DNA of 18,746 nucleotides from a phage: NCBI GenBank assembly GCA_019844455.1, contig GCA_019844455.1_3938.2; one strand, 5' to 3'. Shown piece by piece: positions 15,122 to 18,746 of this stretch (position 1 is its first letter; each line of letters starts with the position of its first letter). The notes under the pieces were generated by a model. It saw only the letters and a program-made list of their open reading frames with translations, ran no database searches and was not told where the DNA came from. The position numbers and the translations under genes were made by a program.

Positions 15122-15188
15122 ATTACTAATCAACGGGGAGGGAATGACCTTCCCACTAAACAAAGTCCTAAACTGGAGAATCTAAATT
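15096..15188 (+). promoter_or_regulatory. intergenic module type B, copy 5
   Basis: TTGCAA 15096-15101, 17-nt spacer, TAAATT 15119-15124 (overlaps stop TAA 15119-15121), hairpin gggaa-tgacc-ttccc, RBS region ctaaactggagaatctaaattATG. Confidence 0.45.
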
Positions 15189-15437
15189 ATGTCAACTATC
15201 CGCGTAACTGTTAATGCTTATGGCTGCCACCAACTTGATGCAAAATTCGATATCGGTGGAACAGATAACACCTTTGACCTTATCAAAATGCTGATTCAGC
15301 AGGTGATACCAGATTATAACCCTACTGATGACTTCTGGAAAGATGCCGTAAAAGAAGCCATAAACGAGGAATCTCACTACCATTATTGGGGTGACTTGAT
15401 TATCTCTCTGTACTACAGCAAACAAGGTTACAACTAA
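15189..15437 (+). CDS. hypothetical protein (82 aa); last gene of the plus-strand array
   Basis: ORF with the variant RBS region; followed by a terminator. No recognisable motif. Confidence 0.5.
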   Translation: MSTIRVTVNAYGCHQLDAKFDIGGTDNTFDLIKMLIQQVIPDYNPTDDFWKDAVKEAINEESHYHYWGDLIISLYYSKQGYN

Positions 15438-15447
15438 TCGACGCAGC

Positions 15448-15500
15448 GGGGCTAAATAGCCCCAGATACCTGAAAAGCTCCTTCTCATAGGGGCTTTTTT
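15448..15500 (+). terminator. terminator of the plus-strand small-gene array (two hairpins, second with T-run)
   Basis: Hairpin 1: ggggct-aaat-agcccc (15448-15463). Hairpin 2: aaaagctcc-ttctcata-ggggctttt (15473-15498, one U-G wobble), ending in tttttt (15495-15500). Confidence 0.6.
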
Positions 15501-17111
15501 ACGTCTATAAAGAGACTCTATACAATCCCTTTCCTTTCCTTCCTAGAATCTATCCCACTAATTCGATAGAGACTATCTCATACCTTAAAAAGCAATAACT
15601 CTATAGTCTACTCTATAACCTCTTATCAAATCAACTTAAATATAAGCCCATAACCCGAAAGGGAAGGGCAACCATTTAAACGCTCTATAAAGCCCTATAA
15701 CAGCCTTATCAACCTAACTTAAGCAATCATATTAACCCACTCTAAAAAGCCCTTTATAGAGCTTCCCAGAGCCTTAAAAGAATCTTATAAGGGTGTGAGC
15801 TTTATCATCTCGTTAGCTATCTTGTGAACTACTAAAAAGGGCTTGTTAGTGTCTTAAAAGTATGTTATAGGGGCTATAAAGTTACTTCAAAGTTACGTAA
15901 AAGAGGCTATAAAGTTACGTAAATGCTAGCCCCCTTAACATTTTCTTAACAATTTCTTAACAATCCCTACATAGTTATGCTTTTAAGGCACTTGTTAGAG
16001 ACTTGTTAGCCCCTTGTTAAATCTCTGTTAAGACCACGTAAAAGCCTTGTAAGAGTCTTTAGCATAGCCTTTAAAGCCTCTGTAAAGCCCTATAAAGAGG
16101 TGTCTGTATAGTTGGGGTGTAATTACTAGGAAGAGACTTAAAAGAGCTTACAAGGAGCTATAGAGAGCTTTTAAGAGGGCTATTTAGAGAATCACTAAGA
16201 GGGAAAGGGAACGATAAGAAAAGAGAAGTTGTGTTTGTAACCAACCACTGTGACCATGTTAATAGCTTGTTAAAAAGATTAAACACTTGTTAGAAACTTG
16301 TTAATTATCTTAACAAAATAACCCTTTAAAATTAACTTGTTAGCTCTTGTTAGTCATCTGTTAAGATTCTGTAAAGCCTATGTATCAACTGTTAAGAACT
16401 TGTTACAACCTTGTTAGTTCTGTTAAGAATCTGTTAAGACCTCTGAAGAGATGTTAAGAGTATGTAGTAGCTGTTAAGAGATTGTTAAGGATATTTTAAA
16501 ATTCTGCAAAGGGATGGTAAGGGAGCTGTTAAGGGCTACCAAGCAGATATACACCCTCAACAGATATTTTTGAGTTCCTTCAAAGACCCTAAAAAATGAC
16601 TTGGTAGTCCTATTTTATAAAAATTTTAAAATTCTGAATAATTACCTAGACAGTCTTTTAAAAATACAGGTAGAAACAGGCTTATAAGATACCTTGTTAG
16701 TACCGTGTTAGACCTTGTGAGATAAGGTCTGTAAAGATATTCCTGTTAAGTTTGTTAAAACAGTCTATATAGAGGCTTAGTAATACCTAGTGAACACCTA
16801 TAGAGGGTAACATAGCTGACATAGAGATTAAGAGGTGTATAGGAGCTTCTAAGAGGGTATAGAGGGATGACTAAGGTGATTGTATAGGCTGTTAAGAAGG
16901 CTTGTTAGAAGAGTGTTTAGAGGGCTTATTAAAGGGCTAGTTAGAAGGCTTATACAGGGGGGCTATTAAGACCACTAGATAGTTACTAAGATACTATATA
17001 GTACTATATAACTATATATAGAGAGTAAGATTAAGAAGGATGTTAAGAAGGATAGATATTTTATTCACATATGATGGTGACCCAGAGGTTGGAACAACCG
17101 ATAAAATTTTT
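15501..17111. other. 1.6-kb ORF-free, repeat-dense non-coding region between convergent terminators
   Basis: The ORF track shows no ORF of 60 aa or more in any frame between the array terminator and the minus-strand terminator. Sequence is dominated by 8-mer words of the form CT....AG (cttgttag, ctgttaag, ctataaag, ctgtaaag, cttataag). Confidence 0.7.
15842..16908. repeat. helically phased array of a degenerate 8-mer (CTTGTTAG / CTGTTAAG / CTGTAAAG; reverse complement CTTAACAA)
   Basis: Copy starts mapped by hand: 15991, 16002, 16013, 16025, 16046, 16069, 16080, 16090; 16266, 16286, 16297, 16336, 16346, 16358, 16369, 16389, 16399, 16410, 16420, 16431, 16471, 16482, 16526; further copies to 16901. 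Spacings are mostly 10-12 bp or multiples. Reverse-complement copies at 15934, 15945, 15956 and 16309. Confidence 0.65.
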
Positions 17112-17123
17112 ATAAAATTAAAA

Positions 17124-17143
17124 AGCCCCCAATTAAGGAGGCT
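17124..17143 (-). terminator. rho-independent terminator of the minus-strand module
   Basis: On the minus strand: agccucc-uuaauu-gggggcu (7-bp stem, one G-U wobble), followed by uuuuuaauuuuau. Lies 12 nt after the stop of the 17156-17779 gene. Confidence 0.55.
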
Positions 17144-17155
17144 CTTAAGATATTT

Positions 17156-17779
17156 TTAAATCAGTGTTTCCAGAACTGTTTTTAGTGATGACTTGGTTGT
17201 CTGATAAAAATGAGTAAAGCCGTTGTTGTTATCAAATACCTGCATCATGATATCATCTCCCTTGATTGGGTATACTCGGATATCATAGTGAAAACCATTA
17301 AAGACACAAGAACCACTACAGAATGCTCTAAAGTCATCTACTGAGATATACTCTTCATGACCTGTGATTTTTATACAAACGCCTTTACTTGGTCTCTTAG
17401 GGTTGATATCTTCCATCACAGACATACTCTGTCCACCAAGAGATACCATAGTGACCACTTTACGGTTCTTCTGTCTAAAGTACATCTTAACTTTCTGCAA
17501 AGTGTCTTCATAGAACGGATAAGACCTTTCTACAAAGATTCCTTCAAGTGGCTCTTTACCATTTTCAACTTCTCGGTTATGCCGTACTGCAAAGATAATT
17601 TGTTCGAACCAGTCAAGATTTTCTTCGGAGAGTGCTTCCCGAACATCCTTCCAGTCAAGGACTAGATAGTTACCTTCAACATCTTTTAAGTTATCTTTTT
17701 CCATATCTATCACACCATTATCGTAAAACTTGATATTCTGGTACTGCGAATTTATTACTATTGTTCTTGATGAGGTCAT
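17156..17779 (-). CDS. hypothetical protein (207 aa; start uncertain)
   Basis: Long minus-strand ORF. The ATG at 17779 directly abuts cagagg (spacing 0-1), and the alternative ATG at 17704 has only a weak RBS, so the true start is unclear. No recognisable motif. Confidence 0.5.
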   Translation of the reverse strand: MTSSRTIVINSQYQNIKFYDNGVIDMEKDNLKDVEGNYLVLDWKDVREALSEENLDWFEQIIFAVRHNREVENGKEPLEGIFVERSYPFYEDTLQKVKMYFRQKNRKVVTMVSLGGQSMSVMEDINPKRPSKGVCIKITGHEEYISVDDFRAFCSGSCVFNGFHYDIRVYPIKGDDIMMQVFDNNNGFTHFYQTTKSSLKTVLETLI

Positions 17780-18182
17780 CCTCTGAAACTAAAAATGTAA
17801 TACCACATAAGTGTCTGTAACGACTATCATACTCGAATATCTTAAACAGATATTTACCATCATGATAAACCTGTTGCACTTCACCTTCTGCAACAATCTC
17901 GCCTGTAATAAAATTTTTTAGTTTATACACATTACCAACTTTAGGTACTGTTTTCATCTCAGGCTCTTTTAGTGCTACACCTATTTTTGCATCACCGAGT
18001 AAATGAGAACTCTCAAAAGCTACGTGTTTCATATAAGCTTCTGAACATTCCCAGATAAAACAATGTACAAGAACCTTAGCAGCATGTCTTGAGCAATTCA
18101 ACTCATCACAGATTTCTTTGTACATTTCATCTTTAGTTGAATTGGTAAGCATTGCTTTTCGAACTGTTTCTTTAATTTTCAT
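17718..18182 (-). CDS. hypothetical protein (154 aa)
   Basis: Minus-strand ORF with RBS ggagag 4-5 nt upstream of the ATG; overlaps the upstream gene by 11 nt. Cys/His-rich N-terminal third. Confidence 0.5.
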   Translation of the reverse strand: MKIKETVRKAMLTNSTKDEMYKEICDELNCSRHAAKVLVHCFIWECSEAYMKHVAFESSHLLGDAKIGVALKEPEMKTVPKVGNVYKLKNFITGEIVAEGEVQQVYHDGKYLFKIFEYDSRYRHLCGITFLVSEDDLIKNNSNKFAVPEYQVLR

Positions 18183-18594
18183 AAGCTCTCCGAATAACCC
18201 TATTAAGCATCTCTAAAGTCAGCTTTCCAGACTCTAAATGTGGCATAACAAGCTTTAAAGCTTTTTCAACATCATGCACAACATCTATTATACCTTCTTC
18301 ATAGGCTTCTACAAGGATATCTTTTACACCGATATAGCCTTCATTGATAAGGATTTGCATATCAAAATCTTCTGATTGCTTGTTTAACTTACCTCTCCAA
18401 TACCCATCAGCATTAAAAGATATCACTTCACACTCTTTAAAATCCATATCATCTGCATGGAATGGAGTAATTATTGTGCATTGGATTGGGTACTCTACAC
18501 CAGTGGTGTCAACATCAAAGACCTTCACAGAAGTAAGTGGTTTCTTTGTTTTAGAGCAGTAAACTGTCAATCTTTTACCAATAAGCTCTTTCAT
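18172..18594 (-). CDS. hypothetical protein (140 aa)
   Basis: Minus-strand ORF with RBS gaagg about 9 nt upstream of the ATG; a stem-loop (18620-18640) sits between it and the next upstream gene. Confidence 0.5.
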   Translation of the reverse strand: MKELIGKRLTVYCSKTKKPLTSVKVFDVDTTGVEYPIQCTIITPFHADDMDFKECEVISFNADGYWRGKLNKQSEDFDMQILINEGYIGVKDILVEAYEEGIIDVVHDVEKALKLVMPHLESGKLTLEMLNRVIRRAYEN

Positions 18595-18647
18595 TTCGCT
18601 ACCTTCTAAGTTTCTACAAAGGGGCTATCAAGTAACCCCTCAAGTTA

Positions 18648-18746
18648 TTACTCAGACTTTTCAGTCTTCTTATCGGATTTCTTACTAGTCTTCTTCTCAG
18701 CTTTCTGTTCAGGTTCCTTCTCAGAAGTTGTCTTAATAGCAATATC
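18648..18746 (-). CDS. C-terminal fragment of a minus-strand gene with a Lys/Glu-rich tail; rest lies outside the window
   Basis: Reverse-strand translation of 18651-18746 gives ...DIAIKTTSEKEPEQKAEKKTSKKSDKKTEKSE, stop at 18648-18650; the frame is open to the window edge. Confidence 0.4.
   Translation of the reverse strand, partial: DIAIKTTSEKEPEQKAEKKTSKKSDKKTEKSE

Noticed and set aside
9675-15500. T4-type late promoters (exact TATAAATA) in the intergenic modules and the non-coding island.
   Set aside because: I could not find an exact TATAAATA; the closest recurring words are ctataaag and agataaag. The modules fit sigma70-like hexamers instead.
15842-16908. CRISPR array as an explanation for the periodic repeats.
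   Set aside because: The units are only about 8 bp, degenerate, and separated by 2-4 bp rather than by unique spacers of 25-40 bp. No longer conserved repeat or leader is visible.
15501-17111. A tRNA gene cluster in the large non-coding region, as some rII-containing phages carry.
   Set aside because: I found no GC-rich acceptor-stem pairs with a T-loop-like GTTCRANYC motif by eye; the region is AT-rich and dominated by short words. A tRNAscan run would be needed for certainty.
15501-17111. Alternative genetic code (stop reassignment) hiding a long gene in the non-coding island.
   Set aside because: The flanking genes clearly end at standard TAA, TAG and TGA stops, and the island contains all three stop codons at high density in all frames.
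15192-17665. Track ORFs 15192-15488 (minus) and 17357-17665 (plus).
   Set aside because: Both are antisense overlaps of genes that are better supported by RBS and operon context.

Overview
This 18.7-kb window reads as part of a virulent dsDNA phage genome with a T4-type rIIA-rIIB module (Tevenvirinae-like or Felix-O1-like; the sequence alone does not settle which). All calls come from reading the sequence and the supplied ORF track by eye; no database search or computation was run. Layout, left to right: (1) 2-391, the C-terminal end of a nicotinamide phosphoribosyltransferase (NadV/NAMPT-like), followed by a terminator. (2) 445-8960, a plus-strand block: a hidden 58-aa membrane zinc-finger ORF, rIIA, rIIB, a signal-peptide SLT-like transglycosylase, a HAD-type phosphatase, an Rz/Rz1-like overlapped spanin pair, several small coupled ORFs and a macro-domain protein. 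(3) 8961-9466, a 0.5-kb leader with four iteron-like repeats, a 31-nt polypyrimidine tract and a strong sigma70-like promoter. (4) 9467-15437, fourteen small unrecognised ORFs, most separated by two families of near-identical intergenic modules (promoter plus stem-loop plus a shared ribosome-binding region), resembling the PeSL mobile regulatory cassettes described in T4-type phages. (5) 15501-17111, a 1.6-kb ORF-free region between convergent terminators, packed with an 8-mer family spaced at about 10-11 bp. This is the most unusual signal in the window. (6) 17156-18746, a minus-strand module of three unrecognised ORFs plus a lysine-rich C-terminal fragment.
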